This document shows, piece by piece, positions 37,998 through 48,965 of a DNA stretch of 64,000 bases. The position numbers and the translations under genes were made by a program. Source of the DNA: a virus. Every line of letters begins with the position of its first letter. Position 1 is the stretch's first letter. The notes under the pieces were generated by a model, which saw only the letters and a list, made by a program, of their open reading frames with translations, was not told the origin of the DNA and made no database searches. The stretch spans positions 32,001 through 96,000 of IMG/VR virus record IMGVR_UViG_3300033153_010326; one strand, 5' to 3'.

Positions 37998-38180
37998 TTA
38001 TATGATAGATTTTGTTAAAAACAGTTATATATTAATAAATTATACTAAAAAAGAAATTAGATTAGTTGACCAAAGATGTTCTTCTATAATCGAACCTTAT
38101 TATAGTTTATTAGTAAGCTTTGGATGGGAAGTTTTTGATAATATAAAAATAAAAAAATATAATGAGGATAATAATCAATT

Positions 38181-39614
38181 ATGTTCATAACTAAAATCAA
38201 AGTCAAAACTTTTAAAAATTTCCTCCATAAAGCCCTAAAATTAGGTAAAATGGTCTTATTTAAGGGCAAAATTAGGGCAGGTAAGTCCACACTTGCCCTT
38301 CACTCGCTCCTATTTGCCTTTTACGGATATTCTATAGCAGAGACCCTAAAAGACCTCCCAACACGAAGTTTGGCGAAATCTACTACTGTAGAAATAGATG
38401 TTGAACATAAAACTAAATTATTTACTATTATAAGAAGCTACCCTACTAAATTGAAGATATTAGAAGATGGAAGAGAGATGCCTTTTAATACTGCTACAGA
38501 AGCTCAGAATTGGATAGATAATAATTTTGGTAGTAGAACAGATTTTCAAAAATTTAGAATTATTGATGCTCGTAGTTCTGATGCCAATTTTTTGGAAGAA
38601 GGACAATCTACCTTTAAAAAAATATTGTTTGCTGGATGTGAAAAAATATTTGTAGAATTAAGAGAAAAATTATTTAAAATTAAAACACATAGAGAAATGT
38701 ATTGCAAAGATAAAGCAATAATATATAAACATTATCCATCTGAAAAAAGATTGAAAATTATTCAAGATAAATTAGGAGAATTAAAACAGAAAGAAAATAA
38801 ATTAAAAAATAAAGTTAATAATTTAGAAATGGAAGTTCGTAGGTCAGAAAGAGAAATGGGAAGTTTAGAATATAATATAAAATCTTTAGAAGAAAAACGA
38901 ACCAAATTAAATAAAGAAAAGATTTGTTATACTTGTAAGCAAGCTATAGCTATTAAAAAAAGAGATGAATTATTAAAAGATATTAAGATAAAAACTTTAG
39001 AAGCAAAATTAAAAATTCAAAATCATATTAAAACAATAGAAATAGATAAAGATTTATTAAATTTTGAGAAGAAAAGATTGGATAAATTTAGACCTCACGT
39101 TTCTAAACTTGCTGAATTAGAGATGAAATTAAAAGCTAGAATTAAACAGAAAAAATATAAATATACAGAAAGAGATATTCTTATTGTTAAGACTGCTATT
39201 CAAGAAGTAGATAAATTATCTACTTTTTACCTTACTGAAAGTATAAAAACTTTAACACCTATAATTAATGATGTATTAAGTAAAATTAATTTTAAAGTTA
39301 AGTTTATAATTGATAGTAAAGATAGGTTTAAAATTAGATTATATAAAGATGAAGTAGAATATAAATATCATGATTTAAGTGGTGGTGAAAAATTAATATT
39401 GCAGATTGGTTTTAAACTTGCTCTACTTATGGAAAAAGGAGAATCAGGTATTATGATTGCAGATGAAGGATTCAGCTCATTGGATAAAGAAACTCTTTAT
39501 CATATCATTTCTTTATTTCAAAATTTACCTTTTCAGCTTTTTTTCATTATCCATCGTTTTGAAAATATACCAGATAACGTAACAGTAATAGATTTATCTA
39601 ATAAGGAGGAATAA
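38181..39614 (+). CDS. SbcC/Rad50-like ATPase
   Basis: AGKST Walker A, coiled coil with CYTC zinc hook, LSGGE signature, IADEGFSSLD, IIH. Confidence 0.9.
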   Translation: MFITKIKVKTFKNFLHKALKLGKMVLFKGKIRAGKSTLALHSLLFAFYGYSIAETLKDLPTRSLAKSTTVEIDVEHKTKLFTIIRSYPTKLKILEDGREMPFNTATEAQNWIDNNFGSRTDFQKFRIIDARSSDANFLEEGQSTFKKILFAGCEKIFVELREKLFKIKTHREMYCKDKAIIYKHYPSEKRLKIIQDKLGELKQKENKLKNKVNNLEMEVRRSEREMGSLEYNIKSLEEKRTKLNKEKICYTCKQAIAIKKRDELLKDIKIKTLEAKLKIQNHIKTIEIDKDLLNFEKKRLDKFRPHVSKLAELEMKLKARIKQKKYKYTERDILIVKTAIQEVDKLSTFYLTESIKTLTPIINDVLSKINFKVKFIIDSKDRFKIRLYKDEVEYKYHDLSGGEKLILQIGFKLALLMEKGESGIMIADEGFSSLDKETLYHIISLFQNLPFQLFFIIHRFENIPDNVTVIDLSNKEE

Positions 39615-39767
39615 TATGTGGATTAAATTTGACGGAAAGAGTGCAATTATTACAATACCTGAATCGGGATTAAAAGTTAAAACAGAGTTTATAATTGATA
39701 AATGGTATCATCTTGTAGAACATGACAATAAATTGTATCTGAATGGAGATGAAAAAGATAAAAAATA

Positions 39768-40325
39768 ATGAAAACCAAATTACAACCTAAACAAGCAGAT
39801 ATAATATTAGCTCATAACTATGGGATTTTTGGTTGGTATGTAAGATTAGTAACTAAAAGTTATTGGAATCATTGTCTTTTATATTTAGGTAATGGAGAAG
39901 TATTAGATATATTAGGAAAGGGAATTACCAAATTAAATTATAATAAATATTATAAAGACAAGATAGACCATAAATTTTTAAGAGTTAAAGGATTAACTGA
40001 TTACGAAAAGAGGCAAATTTGTAAACATGCTTTAAAATTTAAAGGACAAGCTTATAATATAAGTTTAGTTTTAGGATTTAAAAATAATATTAAAGCTTTT
40101 ACTTGTAGCCAGTTTATAGTTAAAATATTTGCAGATAAAGGAATTCTTTTATGTAAGGAAGCTTTAACGGTATCTCCAGCAGAATTAGATAATAGTATGT
40201 TTACTTATGATTTAGATAATCCTCCTAATAGACAAAAGAGGTTAAATAAATTAGGAGAGATTATTAATTATGAAGTAAAAAAGTATGGATTTAAGAAAGA
40301 AGAAATTGTAAATTTAATTAAATAA
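39768..40325 (+). CDS. permuted papain-like (YiiX/YebB NlpC/P60) enzyme
   Basis: ADIIL...SYWNHCLLY (His) before FTCSQF (Cys), SPAEL. Confidence 0.82.
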   Translation: MKTKLQPKQADIILAHNYGIFGWYVRLVTKSYWNHCLLYLGNGEVLDILGKGITKLNYNKYYKDKIDHKFLRVKGLTDYEKRQICKHALKFKGQAYNISLVLGFKNNIKAFTCSQFIVKIFADKGILLCKEALTVSPAELDNSMFTYDLDNPPNRQKRLNKLGEIINYEVKKYGFKKEEIVNLIK

Positions 40326-40337
40326 AAGGAGGTTTAC

Positions 40338-40661
40338 ATGTTTGGAAAAATAATTATTGCATTGTATACTTGGTATTCAAAGAGAGTTCAAGCTAAATAT
40401 CAGAAGGTTCAACAAGATACTAAAAAAGATAAAGAAGTAGAGTTTTATCAGAGTCTTCAAAAACTGTATAAGTTTGCTCAATGGTTAAATAAACAATTTG
40501 TTAATAGACAAGAAAGAAAGAGGTTTTGGAGTGGAGTTGCAAAAGGAGAAAAGCCTTTGGAAACCACAATACAACAATTAATAGATAATTATAAAAATAA
40601 ACAAGAAATAGAAAAAAAGAAGAAAGAAGTGAAAATTAATGTCCAAGAAAAAACCATTTGA
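40338..40661 (+). CDS. hypothetical protein
   Basis: AGGAGGT RBS. Confidence 0.65.
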   Translation: MFGKIIIALYTWYSKRVQAKYQKVQQDTKKDKEVEFYQSLQKLYKFAQWLNKQFVNRQERKRFWSGVAKGEKPLETTIQQLIDNYKNKQEIEKKKKEVKINVQEKTI

Positions 40662-40803
40662 TAAACAAGTATTTATGTGTTTATATTGTAATCATACTTG
40701 GGAATTGAGATGTGATAATAGGTTAGTTACAGAAGAAGAATTTAAAAATTGGATAGAAGAAGTAAAGGAACAACATAAACAAAATTGCAATAAATGAGGA
40801 ATT

Positions 40804-41184
40804 ATGTTAATTTATCATCCATCTAATAAAAATTTTAACATAGTTAAAGTTAAATATTTTGGAGAAAATTTTTATACTCAAAATGATAAAAAAGTTTCTC
40901 CCATAAATAGAACTTTTTGGTATACTATACTTCCTATTTTGGAAGGTAGGTTTAAAAATGTAAAATATATTTATATAGCTAAAGTTAATAAAAAAGAGAT
41001 ATATGATATTTCTAAAGATGATTTTAATTTTAAATTTAAATTTTCTAATATTCATAATTTGTTATTACATTTAAAAACAGAATACTTAGGAATAAAATAT
41101 CAAATTGAAACTTATGAATTAGTAGTATTATTTAAAGATATTAAACCTACAGGTAGAATAAAAAACAGAAAAAATATAATATGA
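40804..41184 (+). CDS. hypothetical protein, possible ADP-ribosyltransferase-like fold
   Basis: IYHPS...F...FWYT...YIYIAKV...IYD strand order recalls small ART-like domains; tentative. Confidence 0.4.
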   Translation: MLIYHPSNKNFNIVKVKYFGENFYTQNDKKVSPINRTFWYTILPILEGRFKNVKYIYIAKVNKKEIYDISKDDFNFKFKFSNIHNLLLHLKTEYLGIKYQIETYELVVLFKDIKPTGRIKNRKNII

Positions 41185-41927
41185 AATTAAGAAAAATAAA
41201 TAAAAGAACTTTTAGTTGGCAAGGAATTACTTATAGAATTTTTGTAATTTGTATAAATGCTTTATTTTTTAAAATAGGAGCTAAACAAGCTATGCAAAAT
41301 TATGGAGCATTAGGAGCTTCTTTAATTTGGAATAGTATCAATATGGCGTTATATTTTTTCTATCATGGGATATTTTTAAATTTATTTTCTTTAGAAGTTA
41401 AAACTAAAGGAGCTGTTATTTGGTTTACTGGATTACCTTGCTCTGGTAAAACTACTATTGCAGATGCAGTAGCAATAGAATTAAAACAATTGGGAAAAAA
41501 TATAGAAAGATTAGATGGTGATATCGTTCGTAAAGGAAAATTAAGTGATGATTTGGGATTTTCAAAAGAAGATAGAGATAAAAATATAAACAGAATTAAT
41601 TTTATCAGCAAATTATTATCAAGAAATGAAATAATTGTTTTGGCTTCTTTTGTATCTCCTTATAGAAAAACTAGAGATATAATAAGAAAAAATGTTACTA
41701 ATTTTATAGAAGTATATGTTAATTGTTCTTCTAAAGAATGTATAAGAAGAGATATTAAAGGAATGTGGAAATTAGCTAAAGAAGGAAAAATAAAAGGATT
41801 TACAGGATATGATGCTCCTTATCAATATCCTTGTACTCCTGAAATAAAAATAAAAACAGAATTAGAAACTATAGAAGAATCTACTAAAAAAGTAATAGAA
41901 TATCTTAAATATAAGAATTTAATATAA
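41181..41927 (+). CDS. cysC: adenylyl-sulfate (APS) kinase with N-terminal DUF2061-like membrane segment
   Basis: IWFTGLPCSGKTTIA, LDGDIVR, DLGFSKEDR, SFVSPY, RDIKG, FTGYDAPY. Confidence 0.95.
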   Translation: MKLRKINKRTFSWQGITYRIFVICINALFFKIGAKQAMQNYGALGASLIWNSINMALYFFYHGIFLNLFSLEVKTKGAVIWFTGLPCSGKTTIADAVAIELKQLGKNIERLDGDIVRKGKLSDDLGFSKEDRDKNINRINFISKLLSRNEIIVLASFVSPYRKTRDIIRKNVTNFIEVYVNCSSKECIRRDIKGMWKLAKEGKIKGFTGYDAPYQYPCTPEIKIKTELETIEESTKKVIEYLKYKNLI

Positions 41928-42487
41928 TGCTTATTAGTCATAAATTAAAATTAATATTTATTCATATACAAAAAACAGGAGGAGCTAGTTTTAAACAAGC
42001 TATTAGAGATATAGACCCTAAAGCTCAAGAAATAATAGATTTTCATGCAAAAATAACAAGAGAATTGATTAATAAATATCCCGATTATTATAAAGTTACT
42101 ATTGTAAGAAATTCTTATAAAATAGTGGTATCGAGGTGGAAATTTGGAGGAATTAAATATGGACATTTAACAGAAACTCAAGTTAGAGAATTTTGGAGAT
42201 TTAAAGAATGGTTATTAAATAGTTTAGGAGAAGTATTTAATCAAGTATCATATATTAAAGATGAAAAAGGAATGTTAGTTGACCAAATTATATATTATGA
42301 TAAATTAGAAGAAGGAATAAAAAAATTAAACAAAAAATTAAATATAAATATATCTATGAAAAATAAAAAAGTTCATTATTATGGTTTATATAATTATAAA
42401 GAATTTTATAATAAAGAAATAAAACAAATTGTTGAAAAGAAATGTAAAGAAGATATTAAATATTTTAATTGGAAATTCGAGGATTAA
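41927..42487 (+). CDS. PAPS-dependent sulfotransferase (Sulfotransfer_2-like)
   Basis: FIHIQKTGGAS (5'-PSB), IVRNSY..VVS (3'-PB), EDIKYFNW. Confidence 0.88.
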   Translation: MLISHKLKLIFIHIQKTGGASFKQAIRDIDPKAQEIIDFHAKITRELINKYPDYYKVTIVRNSYKIVVSRWKFGGIKYGHLTETQVREFWRFKEWLLNSLGEVFNQVSYIKDEKGMLVDQIIYYDKLEEGIKKLNKKLNINISMKNKKVHYYGLYNYKEFYNKEIKQIVEKKCKEDIKYFNWKFED

Positions 42488-42488
42488 A

Positions 42489-43127
42489 ATGAGACAAGAA
42501 GAAATATATATTATTGGTGGAGGAGCTTCTTTAAAAGGATTTGATTTTGATTTATTAAAAGATAAAGATACTATTGTTGTTAATAAAACTATATTTCATG
42601 TTAAAAATCCTACTTATTTTATAACTATGGATTATATGTTTTTAAAAAATTATAGAGAAAAAATTAAAAGAAATAAAACTGCTAAGTTTTTTGTTGGAGC
42701 TATGAATAATGCTTATTTAAAATATAAAAATGGAAAATTAACAGATACTAAACATAAAATTTCTTATGATTTAGATATGATAGATGTTCTTATTTTTTCT
42801 AAATATGATAAAGGTATTGGATTTGATTTTACTAATTTTAGGCATGGATGTAATAGCGGTTACTGTGCTCTTCAGTTAGCAATTATATTAGGATATAAAA
42901 AAATAAATTTACTAGGTATAGATTTAAATTTTACAGAAAATACCCATTTTCATGGAGGATATGGATATTCAAAAAATCATTTTAAGAAAAGATTAGCTTT
43001 TTATACTTTATATTTTAGATATGCTTTTTATGTATTACAAAATCACCCTGAAATTCAAATTTATAATTGTTCTGATATTAGTTTATTAAAAAATTATTTA
43101 CCATTTAAAAATTTAGGAGAAATCTAA
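42489..43127 (+). CDS. Maf/DUF115-like putative glycosyltransferase
   Basis: YIIGGGASL..FDF, VVN, ITMD, NSGYCALQLAIILGYKKINLLGID, HFHGGY, IYNCS. Confidence 0.7.
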   Translation: MRQEEIYIIGGGASLKGFDFDLLKDKDTIVVNKTIFHVKNPTYFITMDYMFLKNYREKIKRNKTAKFFVGAMNNAYLKYKNGKLTDTKHKISYDLDMIDVLIFSKYDKGIGFDFTNFRHGCNSGYCALQLAIILGYKKINLLGIDLNFTENTHFHGGYGYSKNHFKKRLAFYTLYFRYAFYVLQNHPEIQIYNCSDISLLKNYLPFKNLGEI

Positions 43128-43849
43128 TGAAATATTATTGTAAAGAATCTGGATGTAATAATAAGATTCATTATAATACTTTTAAATATGGACAGAAAAG
43201 ATGTAGAAAATGTGCGAATAAACAACATAGTAAGAGAATGAAAGACAAAAACAATCCTTTTTATGGTAAAAAACATACAATTAAAACTAAAAAAAGAATT
43301 AGTATAGTAAATAATGGTAAAAATAATGGTAATTATATAGATGGAAGATGCTCTAAAATTTATTATTGCAAAGAAAAAAATTGCAATAAAGAAATAACTA
43401 TTATGTCTGCTATTTATGGTAAAGGAAGATGTAAATCATGTGCTAAAAAAGGAAAATTAAATCCTATTCAAAGCGGTAAAAATAATCCTAATTTTGGGAA
43501 TGGAGATAAAATGAAAGGAAAAAATAATCCTATGTTTGGTAAAATTGCTCACCATAGTAAAAAAATCAAATATAAAAAAATTCTTATGAGGTCTTCCTGG
43601 GAAATGGCTTATGCTAAATATTTAGACAAATTAGGAATTAAATGGTTATATGAATCAAAAACTTTCGATTTAGGAGATTGTACTTATACTCCAGATTTTT
43701 ATTTACCCGAACAAAATAAATATATAGAAATTAAAGGTTGGTGGAGAAACAATGATAAAAGAAAATTCAAATTATTTATAAAAAAATATCCAAATAAAAA
43801 TATAATAGTATTAATGAAATTTGATTTACAAGCAAAGGAGATATTATGA
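43127..43849 (+). mobile_element. homing endonuclease: Zn-ribbon repeats, NUMOD3, PD-(D/E)xK domain
   Basis: NPFYGKKHT, NPMFGK, RSSWE, WLYE, TYTPDFYL..YIEIKGW. Confidence 0.85.
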
Positions 43850-44562
43850 TTTTTGATATAGTTATTCCCTCATTCAAACGCAAAGAAAAACTTATTAGAT
43901 GTTTAAACTCCATTTTTAAAGCTAAAAAAAATCTAAAAAAAGACCAAATTCAAATATATATTTATTTTGATAATAATGATAAAATAACTTACAATTATTT
44001 TACAAATAAATATAACAATATTAAATGTAATCTCATGAACAAACAATACAGAGCCTTTGGAATTTGGAATAAACATTTACAAATATTGGATTCATGTGGA
44101 ATGGTATACCTTTGTGATGATACTCAATTATATCCAGAAACTTTATATATTTTATTTGAATTATTTAATCAAATTTATAAAAACACAGATGGAATATTAA
44201 CTTTTAATCAATATAATCTAGAATCAGCTTCTAAATATGCTATGGGATTAATTGGAAAAAAGTTTATTAATAGATTTCCTAATAATCAATGTTTTTGTCC
44301 TGATTATGTCTCGTTTTATGCTGATGCAGAATTAGGAAGATTTGCGGAATCTTTAAATAAATTTTATTTTGGTAATGGAATAAAAATACATCATTTTCAT
44401 CCAGCATTTTATCCAAATGAAAAAGATTCAACTCATTTATTAGTAAGAGATGAACAACAAAAAATAGATAAAGAAGTTAATAAAAAGAGAAGAGAACGAG
44501 GATTGCTTTGGGGTAAAGATTTTAAATTAATTAGACCTACAATAGAAGGAAATATAAAATGA
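43846..44562 (+). CDS. GT2-family glycosyltransferase
   Basis: DIVIPSFKR, YLCDD, FYADAE, HHFHP. Confidence 0.8.
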   Translation: MIFDIVIPSFKRKEKLIRCLNSIFKAKKNLKKDQIQIYIYFDNNDKITYNYFTNKYNNIKCNLMNKQYRAFGIWNKHLQILDSCGMVYLCDDTQLYPETLYILFELFNQIYKNTDGILTFNQYNLESASKYAMGLIGKKFINRFPNNQCFCPDYVSFYADAELGRFAESLNKFYFGNGIKIHHFHPAFYPNEKDSTHLLVRDEQQKIDKEVNKKRRERGLLWGKDFKLIRPTIEGNIK

Positions 44563-45761
44563 AAGTAATATTTTTAGATTGGCATAGATGGACATTTCCT
44601 CCAGATAAGAATAGTTTGAAAAAACTTCTTATTAAATGCGGAGTAGAATGTAAAGATATGAAACCCGCTCCTGTAAATTCTGGTAATTCTAATTTACTTA
44701 TTAAATCAAATCATAAACCTCAAAATAATTATAGGGGATTTGATGTAAAATCTATGATAAAAGCAGGAGTATTACGAGAAACAAAATGGTATGTTAATAA
44801 TTCTAAAGTAACAAAAAAATATATGGTAGAAGTAATGGAGTATATAGATTGGGCTTTTAAAATATTTGAAGAAGAAAAGCCTAATTACATAGTAATTGAA
44901 GGAGGATTGACTCATTTTCATAGAGCAATATTAGAAGTTGCTAGAGAATTAAATATAGGTATTATTGCAATTGAAAATTCTTTTATTAAAGATAAAATAT
45001 TTATAGAATTTAATACTGGTTATGTATGTAATAGACATTCTTTTGCAAGATGTTCTAAAGATTGGATAAATACTAGAGTGTTAAATTCTTTTAAAATAAA
45101 AAAAGTAGATAATATTATACAAAGTATTTTTTCTAAAAATAATTTAAAATATCCAACAACAGGCAATTTTGATTATTCTCAATTAAAATACGATAAAACT
45201 ATTTTTGTACCATTACAAGTAGCTTTTGACCAAGTAGTAGTATACGATTCTAAATTTAATAATAAAACTTTTATAGAAGAAGTTATGAAAATTTTTACTA
45301 AGTATTTTAAGAATTGGAATATTATTTTTAAATGCCATCCTAAAGAAGAAAAAAGTGGTATATTAAGACAGACAGGGAATTGGATACAAGATAATATTTC
45401 AAATAATAATATGTATCTTATAAGAGGAGCAGAAGAATCTCCTAATACTCAAAATTTAATACAACATGCCGATTTGGTTTGGGTGAATAATTCGCAAGCA
45501 GGATTAGAAGCTTGTTTATTAGATAAGCCCGTAGTAGTTTTTGGTGATGCTTTTTATTCTAAAAAAGGCTTTACTTTAGAATATAATAAATATATTAATT
45601 GGAAAGAGATAAAATTAAACCCTGAATCTATTAAAAATATTGACCAAGTTAAACTTTGGTTTTATTATTTTTATAAGTGGCTTTATAATAAATCATTTAC
45701 TAAACAAGATGAAGAAAAAATTAAAAATATATTAAATATACAGGAGAAAGAAAATGGATAA
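44559..45761 (+). CDS. KpsC/KpsS-like capsule polysaccharide biosynthesis protein (GT-B)
   Basis: IFVPLQVAFD, FKCHPKE, VNNSQAGLEACLLDKPVVVFGDAFY. Confidence 0.88.
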   Translation: MKVIFLDWHRWTFPPDKNSLKKLLIKCGVECKDMKPAPVNSGNSNLLIKSNHKPQNNYRGFDVKSMIKAGVLRETKWYVNNSKVTKKYMVEVMEYIDWAFKIFEEEKPNYIVIEGGLTHFHRAILEVARELNIGIIAIENSFIKDKIFIEFNTGYVCNRHSFARCSKDWINTRVLNSFKIKKVDNIIQSIFSKNNLKYPTTGNFDYSQLKYDKTIFVPLQVAFDQVVVYDSKFNNKTFIEEVMKIFTKYFKNWNIIFKCHPKEEKSGILRQTGNWIQDNISNNNMYLIRGAEESPNTQNLIQHADLVWVNNSQAGLEACLLDKPVVVFGDAFYSKKGFTLEYNKYINWKEIKLNPESIKNIDQVKLWFYYFYKWLYNKSFTKQDEEKIKNILNIQEKENG

Positions 45762-46344
45762 AATAGTTTTTATTATAGGAATGAGAAGAGCAGGAACAAG
45801 TATATTGAGGTCTCTTTTAATGCAACATTCTAAAATTGAATTTATAGAATTTGAACCTCATGATTTATTATTTGCTGTTGGAACTAGACATATAAAAAGG
45901 TATAATAGTTCAAAGTATCATATAGATACTATTAATCGTTTTTTTAAAAATAACAAAAAATATTATGGAGCCAAAATAGTTTGTAATCCTTATTTATCAG
46001 CATTAGGATGGAGATTTTTAAAACGATATTTTCCACAAGCTAAATTTATTTTTATAAAAAGAGATTGGATAGATAATTATAATTCTTGGTATAAACAAGA
46101 CATAAATTCGGTTAGAGGAGTTATTCCAAAAGAAATGTATAAATATTTTTATGATAAAATTAATACTAGTTTTGAAAATTTTTATGAAAAAAATATGCTT
46201 AATGCTTGTATGATTATTTATGAAAATCTTGTTAATAATGCTGATAAAGAATTAATAAAAGTATGGGAAGTTTTAAATATTAGAATTAAAACGGGCTTTA
46301 ATAAAGAAATGAAAAAACCTTCTAATTGGAGAATAAAAACATGA
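45754..46344 (+). CDS. PAPS-dependent sulfotransferase (Sulfotransfer_1/3-like)
   Basis: FIIGMRRAGTSIL..L.QH, FPQAKFIFIKRD..D...S, IYENLV. Confidence 0.85.
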   Translation: MDKIVFIIGMRRAGTSILRSLLMQHSKIEFIEFEPHDLLFAVGTRHIKRYNSSKYHIDTINRFFKNNKKYYGAKIVCNPYLSALGWRFLKRYFPQAKFIFIKRDWIDNYNSWYKQDINSVRGVIPKEMYKYFYDKINTSFENFYEKNMLNACMIIYENLVNNADKELIKVWEVLNIRIKTGFNKEMKKPSNWRIKT

Positions 46345-47378
46345 GTAGACAGATAATTTGGATAGACCCTAAAATTATTACTAAAATTTCTCCAATTTCA
46401 GCTTCTGCTTATACTCGAAAACAAAGAATATTAAAATATAACTTAACTTTTAAGAGTGGTTATTTAAATGGAGATTGGGATAAAACTAATAATAAATTTA
46501 AACATTTACTTTGTTGGGGAGATTACAATCTTTTTAAAAATAATAAAAAATCAGTATATAATTGGAAAATTCTTTATAATAGTATAAAGAAAAAAGGTTA
46601 TAAACAAAATCCATCTAAAAGACATGTTGAAGTAGCTCTTGGAAGAAATGGGGAAATTTTATTTGTTGATGGAAGGCATAGATTATTATTAGCAATGGAA
46701 TTTAATATTTCTGAAATTCCAGTTGATATAGTATATATTCATAAAGATTATAATTTTAATAATCTTCATTTAATAAAAAACCTCATAATTCCAGAATTTT
46801 TATATAATATAATTAGCAAAAAATGGGATAAAAAAATAAAAATTTATCATAGATATTTAGTTATTCATCAAAGAGGCAATTTAGTTAAAAAATACTTACC
46901 TTTGTTATCAGGTTTAAATGTGTTAGAAATAGGATGTAATTCAGGAATGATGATGTGGTCAATTATGAAATATGCTAATTCTTTAATAGAATTAGAAAAA
47001 CAATTAAAATATTTTAATCAAAGTTATATCACTTATAAATCTTTAAAGAAATCTTCTAAGGTATTATTATTTAATGATTCTTTTAAAGATTTTATAATTA
47101 AATATCCTCATGCTTATCTTGATATAAATGCTTTATATGCTTCTTTTGTTTTATATCATATGAATAAAGAAGAAATAGATTTTCTTAAAACTAAAATACT
47201 GCCTTTATGTAAAACAGTAATTATTCCCAATCGCCAAAAAGAAAGAAAAAGCAAAATAAATCCTTATTATTTAAATAGAGATAGTAGGATTAAACAATTA
47301 TTAGAAGATTGTGGATTTAAAGTTATAATAGATACTTCTTTTCAAAAAGGATTCTCAGTTATAGTGGGGACAAAATGA
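46341..47378 (+). CDS. ParB/Srx-like domain fused to a SAM-dependent methyltransferase
   Basis: LYNSIKKKGY...FVDGRHRL...IPV; C-terminal VLEIGCNSG...VLYH. Confidence 0.78.
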   Translation: MSRQIIWIDPKIITKISPISASAYTRKQRILKYNLTFKSGYLNGDWDKTNNKFKHLLCWGDYNLFKNNKKSVYNWKILYNSIKKKGYKQNPSKRHVEVALGRNGEILFVDGRHRLLLAMEFNISEIPVDIVYIHKDYNFNNLHLIKNLIIPEFLYNIISKKWDKKIKIYHRYLVIHQRGNLVKKYLPLLSGLNVLEIGCNSGMMMWSIMKYANSLIELEKQLKYFNQSYITYKSLKKSSKVLLFNDSFKDFIIKYPHAYLDINALYASFVLYHMNKEEIDFLKTKILPLCKTVIIPNRQKERKSKINPYYLNRDSRIKQLLEDCGFKVIIDTSFQKGFSVIVGTK

Positions 47379-48388
47379 AAATTAAACTTTTTCAATGTGG
47401 TGGAGAAAACAGTATTTCAGAATATCCTTTAGGATTAGGATATTTAAAATCTAATTGTATAGCAAATATTAAAATAATTAAAAATAAAAACGATTTAAAT
47501 AATTGTGATTTTATTGGACTTTCTACTAATGCTTGGGGATTAAAAGAAGCTATATCTATTTTAAATAAAACAAATATTCCTATTATTTTAGGAGGACAAG
47601 GAGTATTATGGAAGGAAATTAAAAATTATCCTTTTAAGTATATTGTTTATGGAGATGGGGAAATAGCTCTTCAAACAATTATAAACAAGAATACTAATAA
47701 ATTATTACATTATCCAGTTCAAAATATAGATAATTTAAAATTTCCAGAAAGAGGAAAATGTAAAGAAAGAATTCCAATTTTAACTTCAAGAGGATGTCCA
47801 TTTAAATGTAATTTTTGTTCTTCTAATGCTTTTTGGGGTAATGTTCGTTATCATAGTGCTGAATATTTTATTGATGAAGTATTAGATATTTTAAATAAAT
47901 ATCCTCAAGGTAAAGTATTATGGATTTTAGATGATTTATTTATAGGTAATAAATTAAGATTTGAAGTTATTTATAAAAAATGGATGAGTTTAAATTTAAA
48001 TAAAAAATTAAAATTAAGAGGATTTGTAAGGTCTAGTTTAATAACTTCAGATAATGCAAAACAAATGAAAGAAATGGGATTTCAAAGAATTCGATTTGGG
48101 GCTGAAAGTGGTAGTAATAAAATGCTAAAAGATTTAAATAAAAGTGCTACAGTAGAACAACATCAACAGGCTATTGATATTGCAAATAAAATTAAATTAC
48201 CTATTTCAGCTTCATTCATGTATGATTTACCTGGAGAAACTTTAGAAGATAAAAAAATGACTAAAGAATTTATAGAAAAAAACAAAGGAAAGTTATTAGT
48301 AGAAGGATGGTATAAATTTAAACCTTTTCCAGGTACTAAATTTTATAATGGAGAAAATCCTTTAACTTATGATATGAGGGTACGATAA
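47375..48388 (+). CDS. cobalamin-binding radical SAM enzyme
   Basis: PLGLGYL, ILGG, GDGE, TSRGCPFKCNFC, DDLF, GAESGS, LPGET, PFPGT. Confidence 0.92.
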   Translation: MKIKLFQCGGENSISEYPLGLGYLKSNCIANIKIIKNKNDLNNCDFIGLSTNAWGLKEAISILNKTNIPIILGGQGVLWKEIKNYPFKYIVYGDGEIALQTIINKNTNKLLHYPVQNIDNLKFPERGKCKERIPILTSRGCPFKCNFCSSNAFWGNVRYHSAEYFIDEVLDILNKYPQGKVLWILDDLFIGNKLRFEVIYKKWMSLNLNKKLKLRGFVRSSLITSDNAKQMKEMGFQRIRFGAESGSNKMLKDLNKSATVEQHQQAIDIANKIKLPISASFMYDLPGETLEDKKMTKEFIEKNKGKLLVEGWYKFKPFPGTKFYNGENPLTYDMRVR

Positions 48389-48963
48389 TGAATAAACAAA
48401 ATAAAAATTTTAATAAAAAATTAAGGTCAGGAGAAAGACAAGTTCGTAATGATTTACATAAAATGCAATGGAATCAAAAATGGAGATATTGTAAAGCTTT
48501 GAATTATATTAAACAAGAAAATACCGTATTAGATATAGGTACAGGATGTGGTTCTGGAGCTTATATTCTTTCATTATTAGCAAAAAAAGTAATAGGAATA
48601 GATGATAGTGAAGAAGCTATAAAATTTGCTAAAATGAATTGGTCAACTTCCAATATAGAATTTTTTTGCCAAGATGCTTTAAATTTACAAGGTAAATACG
48701 ATATTATAACAGCTTTTGAATTAATAGAACATATTAAAGATGATATAAAATTATTTATTAAATTTAAGCAACTTAATCCTAAATATATTATTATATCAGT
48801 TCCTCATATTTCAGTACCTTTATCTAGGTCTAAATGGCATTGGAAACATTATAAACAAAAAGAAATTAATAAATTATTTAATAATATAGGATATAAAGTA
48901 ATTGTTAATGATATAATAAAATTTGGAAATTTAGCTATTTTTGCAGTAGCAGAAAGGAAATAA
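48388..48963 (+). CDS. class I SAM-dependent methyltransferase
   Basis: RY, VLDIGTGCGSG, GIDDS, FELIEH, ISVP. Confidence 0.9.
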   Translation: MNKQNKNFNKKLRSGERQVRNDLHKMQWNQKWRYCKALNYIKQENTVLDIGTGCGSGAYILSLLAKKVIGIDDSEEAIKFAKMNWSTSNIEFFCQDALNLQGKYDIITAFELIEHIKDDIKLFIKFKQLNPKYIIISVPHISVPLSRSKWHWKHYKQKEINKLFNNIGYKVIVNDIIKFGNLAIFAVAERK

Positions 48964-48965
48964 TT

